Below are positions 11,834 to 22,743 of a DNA stretch of 47,140 bases, piece after piece. Below the pieces are notes generated by a model. The model did not search any database. It saw only the letters and a list, made by a program, of their open reading frames with translations, and was not told where the DNA came from. The first letter of the stretch is position 1. The number at the start of each line of letters is the position of its first letter. This DNA is from Klebsormidium nitens (taxonomy: Eukaryota > Plantae > Klebsormidiophyceae), in contig DF237600.1 in the NCBI GenBank assembly GCA_000708835.1, positions 1-47,140 on the forward strand, read 5' to 3'. The position numbers were made by a program, and so were the translations under genes.

Positions 11834-12168
11834 TCAAATAACTAGACTCTGGCTCATAATTACCATTTCTCCATTTCGCATCCTATAGACAGCCCTGCCA
11901 CCAGCCTTGAGACCTACCGTGCGAACAGAGTATTGTTTCTCATGCCCGGCCGACCTGCCAAACAAGTGCACCAGCTGGTGCCTGACATCCTTGACTGGCA
12001 CCTCCAGGACTAATGCATCCCCGGGATGAACGTCTTAACGATGTTCTTGGAGACGTCATCACGTCGCCACCCGCATGGCCAGCACAGCATCTTCTTTCGC
12101 ACCGCCACAACCTCGATGGCGAAGTCGCACTCGTTTTCGACAAGGGCAGGCACCACCACGTTCCCCAT
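11834..12168 (-). pseudogene. Candidate small gene (about 111 aa) with one frameshift in a G4 run; function unknown
   Basis: ATG at 12168 gives MGNVVVPALVENECDFAIEVVAVRKK...KTFIPG. The stop-free continuation DALVLEVPVKDVRHQLVHLFGRS...MSQSLVI* (12019-11834) lies in another frame. One extra G in the run at 12019-12022 would fuse them. No family recognised. Confidence 0.35.
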
Positions 12169-12539
12169 CCCTCCTCAGCCAGAGTCGGGTCCGCTGCGAA
12201 TTTGTTCACTGCCACATTCCAGCGACAACGTGACACCACCGCTAGCTCCTTTTCAGCATCGCTGCTGGCGGCAGAGGTTGCCAGCTGGCGGCCGCCTGCG
12301 GTCGGAGCGGGGTGCAGCCACGTCGGCCCCAAGCGCGGCCGGCTCGGGTTTGGCTTGGGCGGCCGCCCCCTGGGCCGGCCTGCTGTTTCGTAGAACCTCG
12401 CAAACCCCCGTTGCGCAGTGCATCACGACCGCGGCCGGCGAAGCCGCCGAACATCTTCAAGCAGACAAAGAGGTTCTTTGTACGGCGAGTCTGAGCTGGC
12501 TGTTGCCAGTGTTGGGTAACTTTGCGTTTTCACTGCGTA

Positions 12540-12829
12540 CCGTAGTCCAACGTGATGATTCCGAACGATTTTATTTCGAATTATTTTCCAACAGTCCGAC
12601 CAGGAAAGCGGAATTATTTATCCAGATTCCGACAACAATCCGAATGCCCTATGTTCCCAGTAAGAAGGGGATTTTGAGGCTGATTTTCGCCGTTTTGGGG
12701 CTTCCGAGGACCATTTCAGAATTGATTAGCCTTTCCGAATTTGCACTTTCCGAATGAGAAATCCGGATTTCTGACTTTCCGGATGCAAATAATTATTTAT
12801 TTATTCGGAATCATTACCTTGGACTACGG
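12540..12829. mobile_element. Tc1/mariner(pogo)-type MITE, 290 bp, 26-bp TIRs, TA target-site duplication
   Basis: Left TIR ccgtagtccaacgtgatgattccgaa (12540-12565); right TIR ttcggaatcattaccttggactacgg (12804-12829); 24/26 match. TA at 12538-12539 and 12830-12831. AT-rich interior with about 10 TCCGA/TCCGG-like motifs and no transposase. Confidence 0.85.
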
Positions 12830-12889
12830 TATCGTAGATTGGGGAACAAACGCCGCGCTCTGAGGACGAAGCGTCATCTAGAGCGCAGC

Positions 12890-15162
12890 ATGGCCACCTC
12901 TCCTGCGCCCAGCGGCGCCCACTGGCGGGCAGGGCAGCCAGCAAGGACGAGGAGGGGGAGGCGGGCAGCATGCACCTCACGTTCGCGTATGGCTCCGCCG
13001 TGACGCAGTTTAGCGACCGGCGGATCAGGGTGCGCGTCGTGCCCGACCAGGAGCAGGCCGGCCGCGGGGAGGTGGGGGAGGCGGCCGCGGCAGGGCAGGA
13101 CAAGGGGCAGGGGCCGGAACAGGGCCCCCCTACCACGGACGCAGCGGAGCAGCATGTGGCAGCAGACCTGGAGATGCAGCCTAAACCCGATCACGACCCA
13201 GAAGGTAAGCCTGACTTGTAGAAAGCGCAGATCGGCCGAATGAACGTGAAGCGAGAAAGCTTTTTGATTCAAATCTCTGGCAGTACTCTTTTGAGTAGGC
13301 TGACTTCCTGAACTAGGGAAGGTTTTGCTCTCAAGAAGAGCAGTCTTTGGATTGTTCAATTTGAGACTCAGGACCTCACTGAACAAACACGGCACCTCTG
13401 GGACAAATCTCCTTGAAGAAAGACATCACTTGAGAGCAGGGGCGCATCACGCATTTGTTCGTCCGCGCCAGTCAAGCTGGTGGTTGGAATATTTTTCTTG
13501 GACGGTCTTAGATGACGTCAGGCTATGTACTCGTTCCTCTTTGCTGACGGCGGCCGTGACGTGCTCCCTGGCTCAGGTGGTGGCGGGTACGAGCTGCCTG
13601 TGTCCAGCCTGGTGCTGGCCGCTCGCTCGCCCTACTTCCGCCAGATGCTCTCTTCCGACTGGCAGGAGAGCGGTTCCAAAGACCGCCCCATCGAAGTGGC
13701 GCTCTGCCAGGAAGGTGAGCCGCTCGAATCGATGACAATCTCTGCACGGCTAACATGACCTTCGACTGCGTAACCGTTTTTCTCCTCTTGGCGACTGCCC
13801 AGAATCAGCGGTGCATAGATTCTGGAAGCGCAGTATAATACGTACAAGGAGTGGGATACTCGGACCCTTGACTGAACCGAGCGATGGAAGATTGTCCATC
13901 CAAATAAGCGCGTACTGCAACCTTTATATAAACAGATAGGAAACCGCCCGCTGACTTGCGGCCGGCCATTGGTTGTAACCTGGTTGTAGAGAGCGGCAAA
14001 AGACTGTTTCAACCATGTGCAAGTTGTTGACGTCAACTACGATTACTTTTTCTTGACTGGACTTTCCCTTTTTCCTCTCGTCTACCCGCAAGGCAGTGCC
14101 AAACTGATTTGTAAACCAAGACTACTTATGCACATTTTAAATAAAAGCTTCAGCATAAAGAAACGAAAATAAGCAAGTCGTGCAAGCCGAAGTATCCAGA
14201 GTTGGACCACGATTACCGAGACGACTGAATGCTTAGAATGCGTCCTGCCTTTCTCAGTGAATCTGCCAACCAACTTGGACTCCAAAAGTTTTCCGTCCGT
14301 GATCAAGGTAGAAATTTTCCGCAGGCAAAGAATCTCTTCGTTATTTTCACGTTCCGTTGCTCTCCGACGCCCGATCATTACCTGCAGAGGCGGCCGTCTT
14401 CCCGCATCTCATCGAGTATCATGTACCGCCGCAAAATCCCCGCCGCGGTGCAGGACAAGGAGGCGCTCTGCTGGCTTCTCCAGGTGGCGGACCGCTTCGA
14501 GACGCCGGCGTGCGTGGGCCAGTGCGTGGCGCGCCTGCTGAGCACGGCCGTGACCCTGCCCGACGCGGCCCTATACGTCGCCCTGCCGCAGCCCCTCAAG
14601 ACGCGCCCCGCGTTGCGCCGCCTCATGGACGCCGTGTGCGCGCTCACCGGCTGGTCATACGACGAGGTGACGCGCGCGGACAGCCTGGCCGCCATGTCCT
14701 TCGAGCGCATGGTCGAGCTCGCGCACACGCTGCGCGGGCAGGGCGAGCACGCGGAGGCGCTCTTGCAGCTGCTGCTGGAGTGGCTGCGGGCGGACGCCGC
14801 GGCGCGGTGGAACAGCTTCTCCGTCCTGCTGCCGCTCCTGGAAGTTCCCGGCCATGAGCGCATCGTTCCTGCGGGAGGTGGAGCGCTGCCCCGAGCTGAG
14901 CAGCCCCGAAAGGCGCGCGCTCCTCAAGTATGCCCGAACAAAAGCGGCTCCGCCGAATGCGGTCGACGTGCAGGTCGTCCCGCAGGACGGGCTGGCAGCG
15001 CAGGCGCCTGCAGGCGCGCCTGCCGCAGCAGCCCCAGGACAACCTCCACAGAGACAAAATGGGCGTCCGTGCTTAATCATGCTAATCCTAGTTATCGTGG
15101 CTATCTACATATGCTTGTTTATAATGGTCAACGATAAGCCAAAATCACGCAACAAGCATTGA
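12890..15162 (+). pseudogene. BTB/POZ-BACK gene (LRB/POB1-like) disrupted by frameshifts, with a C-terminal hydrophobic tail
   Basis: Exons about 12970(12890?)-13204, 13577-13714, 14388-15162. BTB motifs FAYGSAVTQFSDRRIRV, LPVSSLVLAARSPYFRQML, LLQVADRF. Removing A14418 restores LIEFMY; removing one G at 14840/14841 restores the BACK-type LLPLLKFPAMSASFL. Assembly errors cannot be excluded. Confidence 0.7.
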
Positions 15163-15807
15163 GTGCATGAGAGGTTGAGTATACAAACACGTCATAATCT
15201 GAGACTTGTTCAGCTTCAGGCTTCAGTCATTCCGGTCATCCCACTGTTGCAGTCATCACATGCGTCATTTCGTTGTTTGAGCGCCACAAATCTCTTCGCC
15301 ATACATGGTAAAGTGATGTCATGTATCCGCTTTCAAGAATTTTCAAGTACGTCACTGCAATCAATTTGTATTCGTATGTCTTTCAAGTTTTCCGTAAGAC
15401 AATGGCCGGCTATTAGCTTATATAAGTTATTGCACCGGCGATGAACTTGAATTAATGCCGGCGGGCTACTAGCTCATATGATAACATCGTACGTACTTAC
15501 CCATGCAATTTGCCATATATCATGCGCACATACCGCGCGTGTGGGCTGCAGTCACTTGCACATGTGAGTCCTTACATATATGCTGCATAAGCGTGCATAA
15601 GCGTATAATGTCACACAATGCGCCGTGAACAAGTGGACTGTGGGACTGGACTCCGGGATGCATGTACCTTCCGAGATTAGCTAGCCTGCGCGCGGCTGCC
15701 GCATGATACTGCCAAGTGACTGTGCAACAACGGCCTCCTCAATGACTCAAGTTCTCAACAACGGCTCTTTCCGCCTGCAATGGGACATTCCTACGCAGCG
15801 TCCGCAA

Positions 15808-18800
15808 TCAGGGTGGCATCCCTCTCGACACTTCCTTGGGCCGCAGCCTGCCCGCTTTCCGTGCATCGTACTGTTCCCTCAGCCTGCGCGCCCACCCGTT
15901 CCAGTCAATCTCCCGCAGCGCGACGGCCCTCTGCTCCCACGCGGGCGGAGCCCCTTCGAAGCCGCCCCCCGAGACGGCCACCATGCGCGCTAGGAACTCG
16001 TTGCGGGCCTCCGCGCTCGGGTACAGCATGGCCGCCCGCGTCACCTCCGCTGTCGCCGCGTCCTCCTCCTCGGCTTCGCGCCCCTCGGGCACCACGTTGT
16101 CCGCCACGAACTCCCAGTCCTCCTCCGGCGCAACTGTGCGGCCCACGTGCAACCCGCGCTGCACTGCTTCGTGCGGGCCCCACAATCTGCTCCTACCCTC
16201 CTCCCCGTTTGAGACACGGCTCGAAAGCCCTTCCTCCCGCTGATCCCGCACGTGGGGCACCGCCTCCCCCGTCTGCGCGCTGGCCTCCGCTGCTTCTGGC
16301 ACGAGGCCCCCGTGCGGCTCTACTGTTGCGTCCCCGTGGCCGAACATCCTGGCCGTCAGTGCGTCCAGCGCCTCTGCCGCGTGGTCCGGGCAGCCCTCGC
16401 TCACGTACGAGGTCACGGTGGTCAGGCACGTGTCGCCGTCGGGCGCAACGCCGCGGCGCTTCATGCGCTCCAGCAGTTGCTCCAGCGTGGCCGTGTCGCG
16501 CGCGATCGCGGCCGCGCGCAGCAGCAGGTTGTAGCCCACCACGTCGCTGTGTGCACCGGCAGCCTCCGCACGGAACAGCAGCGGCAGCGCCGCGCGGTAT
16601 TGCCCGCAGAAACAGCACAGCTGCAGACAAGGAAGACAAACAGAGGGAGGCAAGTCAGGCGCACAACAAGGAAGGCCGCCCTTGTTGGGCTGTCACTTGG
16701 GATGACGCTCAGCCGGGGCGCAAGAGGAAGCAGGCACGGCAAATTCGAGGCAAACTCTCTGCTGGGACGAGGGGGAAGTGGCAGAAACTCAGAAGGGACT
16801 CGCTAAGCTCAGCACTAGGGTTAGTGCGCCAAGCACTTACTGAATGGCAGAGGCGCAGCAGCCAGTCTTTTCAGAGGGACGTTGCGCAAGCGAGGCCGGC
16901 TGCTCACTGACCTTGATGACGATGTTCAGTGTGGCACCGTCCACGTGCAGCCCCGCCCGCAGCGCTTCGTCCGCAAGGCGCAGGCCGCGCTGCAGCTCGC
17001 GCATCTCCGCGCAGCAGTTGATGGCCGCGTTGTAGGCCGCCACGTCGGGGCGCACCCCGAGGGCCAGCATGTCCGCCCACAGCGCACCCGCGGGGTCCAG
17101 CTGCAACCACACAGCGCCAGCTCACAGCATGCACAATCCGCCAGGGCACAACGACTCGGAAGGAAGGCGCACAGCCAGGGGAAGACGAGCGGGGCCTTCT
17201 TCGCTGGTCCAACGGAGGGGCGCCAATGAACAGGCAAAGACCATGCGCGCAGCCCTTGGCGGAGGGGTGTGGGGCCCAATCTGTGTGGGCTGTATCTTTG
17301 GAGCTCACCTGCTTGGCGGTGGCGCACACCCCGATGGCGACGGCAAAGAATGCGGCGTCCAGGGGAGCGGCGGCCGCGCTGTCAGGGCCGGCCTGCCGCG
17401 CATGGGCGACCCGCTCCAGCAGCAGCCCCAGACTTGCCGGGCCTAGTGCCGCCACCTGGCAGCGCAGAGAAAGAGGGCACTCAGGGCAGGCGGCACTGGT
17501 GTTCTGCAAAGACCAAAGCGCCTCCCCGGTCACGTAGGACTGTAGTGTATTGAAGTTCGCACCCGAATTGGGTGCTCGAAACTAAGGGACCTGATCAACA
17601 ATGACAAACTTCAACCACGTGCTGCTCACCAGAGCTGTTAGCGTTTGCGGTGTGTGCCGCACTCCACTGGCGCGCATGTCCCCCTCCAGCCGCAACAGCT
17701 GCTCCTGCACTGCCCGCTCCTCACTTTCGCCGGCGCCAGTATCCCCGTGGCTGGCGGCAAGGCGGCTCCGGTGAAAGGCCTGGAAGAGGGCCCGGTAGGT
17801 GCACGCGTCGGGGGCCACGTGGTGTGCCCTCATCTGCTGGAACATTTTCATCGCGCGCTCTGGGTCTCCCTGCACACCACATGCACGCATTTGGAATTGA
17901 CTCTTACCAACTGCTGACTGGTACGATTTAAGAGCAGATGTGGACACATCCGCGGACGACGCTAGGAGTGCCGGACAGTCTACCTCGTCTGCACAAGCAC
18001 ACCCCAGGTGCGGGGCTAACATGCCAGCAACCCCCTCATTGCTTCAGGGCGCTCTCTCCACAGGAGACACCTGCCCCCCCTCCGCCAGTGCCGCGCACCT
18101 GGTTTGCCCATGCGTCCAGCAGCGTGTTGTACGCAACGGTGTAGAAGGGCGCCTCCGTGGTGGTGGCGGTGGCCCCCTCCAGCAGCTGCGCGGCCTGCTC
18201 CAGCTGGCCCGCGCCCGCGTGCGCGTCGACCAGCGTGGCCACCGTGTGCTCGTCCGGCCGGATGCCGCCAGCCTGCATGCCACGGTACTGGGGACACAGC
18301 AACCGCCGGGCAACAGTCAACACAATTGCGAGTTGATTCACGTCAACAGGGTAAGTGACTTGCTCTTCAAGGAGTTGAATCGAGCATCTGTCCGTTCGAT
18401 ATTGCCCTTCCGCAAACGAGAGAACTGGTCATCACACCGGACGACCGACGGCACGGCTGCATGAGATGCCTGGCGGGGGCCCTCACCACGCGCTGTGTGT
18501 CCTCTAGGTTCCGTGTGGTAGCCACCGCTCTCAGGAGGGCGTTGTATGTGTAGCGGTCCGGCTGCAGGTCGGCGCGCCGCATCTGGACATGACCAAGACA
18601 GGACGGGTTCAGGCAGCTGGCGCACGGCCTGCGAGACACCCATGACCATCCAAGCCGCACTCCTCTTACTAAACGTGTTTCTCTCGAGCTCATCGACGGC
18701 TGCGGTAGCATCTCGGTCGGCCAGCCCGAGTCTCCACCCACCTCGGCGAACAAGTCCTTGGCCCTTTCCACGTCCTTGGCTCGCGACGCTGCGGCGATCA

Positions 18801-20890
18801 CCGCATTGTATGCCACGCGCAGGTGCGCCAGCGTGCTCTTGCTCGTGCTGCGAGGAGGCGGCGCCTCCCACCACAGCCCACGATGCCGCGCCTCGCCCCC
18901 CTCGTCACCCCCATCCACCCCTCGTGCCCCCACCTCCTCAGGCCCCAGCTCGACAGGCAGCGGGCCAGCCCCGTCATCCACGTCTATGGCCGGGTCTTGG
19001 CTGCTTCCCGCCCCACCTTGACCCCTCTGCTGACCGCTCTCCCAACCGTCATCCTCCTCGCTGCCTCTACGGTCGTCCTGTGCTCCCTGGATCGTCCCGC
19101 CCCACCGCCACAGTTCCCGCACTGCATCGTCCAGCTGGCCGCAGCGTGCCAGGGCCTGGATGTACACAGAGCGCTGCTCGGGGGTGGGCACGCCGCGGGC
19201 CTCCTGCAGGGCCGCCCATGTGAGGGCTACTGTCTGGGGCTGCTGCTCCAGCCCCGCAATCTGCACGTGCACGCAACGACATTACGACGGGCATTGGTTT
19301 TCCTGACGTTTCCCAAATGACATGTACGGTAGATGTTTGGGCAAGCGACGAGAAGCATGCTGCACCAACAGCGCCCATTAGCGCAACTGGGATAGATATA
19401 CAAGGCCGCCAGTAAGACACTCTGCCCACCGCTTCGAGCTGGTCCCCAACATCCGCTCACCTGAAGGAGGAGGAGGTACGTCTGTCCGTCCATGCCATAG
19501 TGGCCTAGCTCGTCCGCATAGCGCCCTGCAGTGGCCCAGTCACGGCGCGTAATGCACTCCCCCAGCAGCACGTTCAGGAAGTAGGCAGGGGAGCGCAGCA
19601 CCCCCGCCTCGCGGTCCTCCAGGCTGCGTAGCGATGCACGTGCCTGCGCCAACCATGGCAGCGCCTGCATGGGACCAGCCCAGAGGAAACGTGAGCAAGC
19701 AGGCCCAGGGCTGAACGCAGGGCGGCAAGAGAGAGGCCCTGGCGTATTTGGGCGGAGGCAGGGCAAGGCCAATACCCACAAAGGAGGTATCCTTAAATGC
19801 AGATATTCTGCGCGCAATCATCGCCCAACGATGGGACCTGCCAGGACGGGACCACTTCACAACATCCCAGGTGAGCTGAGTCGAGTCTCCTCCCTTGTAC
19901 CACCAGCTGTTGGCAAGGCAGTCAAAGAGTGAGAGGGCTCACCTCGTCCGACTGGCGTGCTCTCACAAACAGGCGAAGCATCCAGGCAACGCTCTTGGCG
20001 TCAGGGGTGACGCCATGCTCCGTCATGGTGGCATACACGTATAAACCCAACTGCACAGCAAACAGCGCACCAGTCAGACAACGCCGGCAAGGGGCGAACA
20101 TCTGGCACCTAGTCTACCGGGGGTCTGGCAACAACTTGTGGGGGAGACTGCGGTTGGTCCTGCCCAAACTGAATGACATATGCAGCCGAAATGCACCTCG
20201 CTTGCCTGGCCGTCTTCTCACCTCCGTATCTTGCCCCCCCGCCGCGCATGCTTTGAGCAGGTAGTTGAAGTCCCTGATGGTCATCCTGCCCCGCTCCTCC
20301 AGCAGTCTGCGCAGCCCCTGCCTGGCCGCCTCCTTGTCTCCGCTGCGCACCACGTCCCACAGCGCCAGCAGCTGCGGGTCCGACGGCCGACTCCGCTCCG
20401 GCCGTGGCCCCCGCTGAGCGCTGCGCATCGCCTTCTCCACCATCGCCCACGTGTGCCCAGGGCCCTCCGCAGACTCACGCCGCTGGTTCCTACAGTCTGT
20501 TTGCCTGCTCCGCAGGAGGTTGGGGTTTGAGGAGGCGGCAGATCTAAAGGGGACATCCTGGGGTTTTGGGCTCCGAACTCTTTTTCCCTCCGCTTGACTG
20601 GACCCCGGTAGGCCCCCCTGAGATGTGTCTTGCCTCCCCTCAGAGGCCTGGGGTGCAGCATTGCATTCTCTGCCATCGGTGCCGCGTGGTGGGTGGCGCA
20701 TCTCCTCCGGCCCTTCTGAAGTCCCCTGGTTGTCTTCAACCAGGGGCCCTGCGGTGGTGGAGCAGGTGCGCCATGGGCGGGGCCAGGGGGCAGTGCAGGG
20801 CACAGCAGCGGCGCCAGGCACCACCACCCCATCGGACAGCACAGGCTGCACAGAGCAAGGGACGTTCTTCTGCATCTCACACCTGCCCAT
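15808..20890 (-). CDS. Pentatricopeptide repeat (P-type PPR) protein; 5' end uncertain
   Basis: Exons (20890 or 20845)-20222, 20050-19943, 19664-19461, 19260-18742, 18582-18487, 18287-18099, 17869-17630, 17455-17309, 17100-16912, 16620-15808. PPR motifs include VAYNAVIAAASRAKDVERAKDLFAEMRRADLQPD, YTYNALLRA, VAAYNAAINCC and VVGYNLLLRA. Further upstream exons toward about 21550 are possible. Confidence 0.85.
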
Positions 20891-22743
20891 TTCGGAACCA
20901 GCATCGCTTCACAACACACTGTTATGGAGCATTCTGATCAAGGATGCCCAGTGTCATTCTGTTGGATTCATGGACGCACTTGCAACCTTTTCTGCCAGCA
21001 TGACAACGGTCTGCTGAATGAGGTCACACATTGATGACCCCTTCTCCCAGGCGCTCTCAAAGCAGTGGTCGAGTGGTGCCTTGCCCGCACCACCCTTCAG
21101 AAGCATACAGGGGGACCACGCAGAGTCTAGCAGATGACCATAGCGCCTGTGCCCGCACTTCACAGATCCCCTGCATCCTTTACATAGAACCTTTACATAG
21201 AATCATGCTCCAAGCGAACAGCGATGACCTTACCTGTTGATCATGCTTGAGCGACTGAGGCCATTCTGCACTGGTTGAACCGCCCAATGGACCACACGCG
21301 TTGACAGACAGATGATGCTTGATTCTGATAGGCCGGCCTGCCGCCAGGTGGAGAAGCCTCCGGCCAACAAAGAAGAGAGGCATACTGACGTGAGATGCAG
21401 TCCGCTAAGAGCGCCCAAACAATCATCTGAAAGAGGGCGGCTGCCCAATCGTGCATCGAATTCTGGATTTTTGCCCTGGAAGCTGGAACATATGGAACCA
21501 TGCAATGATGCATGGCAGGCTGCATTCGAAGTTGAACTTGCATTCTCTCTGCCAATGCCAGCAATGGATCAGGCAGCAACCAGGTTGGATTAGTAGGGTG
21601 GGTTAGTGAGACCAGGGAGGTGGGGTGGGGAGAATCGGATCTCCTATTGCCGCTCGAGCCTCGATGGACCATCGAGCAAGTTCCGCCAGCTGCATATATA
21701 TATATGGGCGAATTGCTCGAATCCTTACCTGGAGGGGGCAGTATTGACAGATATTCTAAACCCCCTGAAACTACACAGACCCCGCGCGGTTCACATCCTT
21801 GGGTTATAATACCGACAACTTGGGTTCAAGTTCGGCGGCCCTGACCGGTAGGTTTCGAATCGCTGCTCATCGAGCCGTCAAGGGTCCATCGGACGGACAT
21901 TGTGTTCCCAATCGAGCTCCTTTTGCCCGGCGACATATGCTGTCGTCGAGCTCCGAGCTCGTGTTACTGCCTTGAGCTTGTTCGAGATTATATTCCAATT
22001 TTTCCCCACCCCCCCTCCCAGGGGGCCGTGGCGTAGTATCCTGCCCTTCAAACAAACCAAGTTGCTGAGCACTCGCGAAGACAGTGCTCAAACTGTCAAA
22101 GAACGGCGACGCTGTGCTGCATGCCAACGTCAAAAGTGAGACCAAGAGTGAGACTCAAAGGCCCACTTGAAAAGTGCTGGGTGGAAGGCGCTTCCCTAGC
22201 TTCTGTTGCTTCGCTCTCCTTATCGAATTCGCGCCTAGCTTTTGCACTCAGAAAGTGGGCGGAGAGAGAAGAGGATTGACTGTGAGGGGTAATCAGTCGC
22301 GTGGATTCTGGCCACGTTCCGAGTCAAAGGTGCCCAGAAGGAAGGACGGCCTGGCATTTGATGGGGGTTTTGCTGATTAGCATCAACAACTCCAATTTGA
22401 ACTCAGAAGGCCCGGTACTTAGATGAATCAACGACAGCTTGAAACGGTGAACATGTCAGCTTGAGTTGCTGGCGGCATTCTGGCATTCAGTGCTGGTGCT
22501 CAAGAGGGGGTACGCCGGTGACTGCACATGTGCGCCCATTTGTACCAATCTGCCGGAGCGGTGGTACGGCTCAGGGACCCATAGATTAGTGAACCTTTGT
22601 TTAGCACGTCTGCAACTTTGACGACACTTTCTTTCCAAGGAAACAATCAGGGCAGTAATCAGGAGCAGGCGGGCAGCATCAGGGGGCGCTGAGTTTGTCC
22701 ACGTTGGCCCAAGTGGGTGGTGCAGTCTTCAGGGGCGGCTGCC

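Noticed and set aside
10548-15599. Shared 12-mer taagcgtgcata in two 3' regions (10548 and 15588)
   Set aside because: Dozens of 12-mer pairs are expected by chance in a window of this size.
21596-21630. G-quadruplex-capable tract near the PPR 5' region
   Set aside because: Such G-tracts are common in this GC-rich DNA; nothing else supports function.
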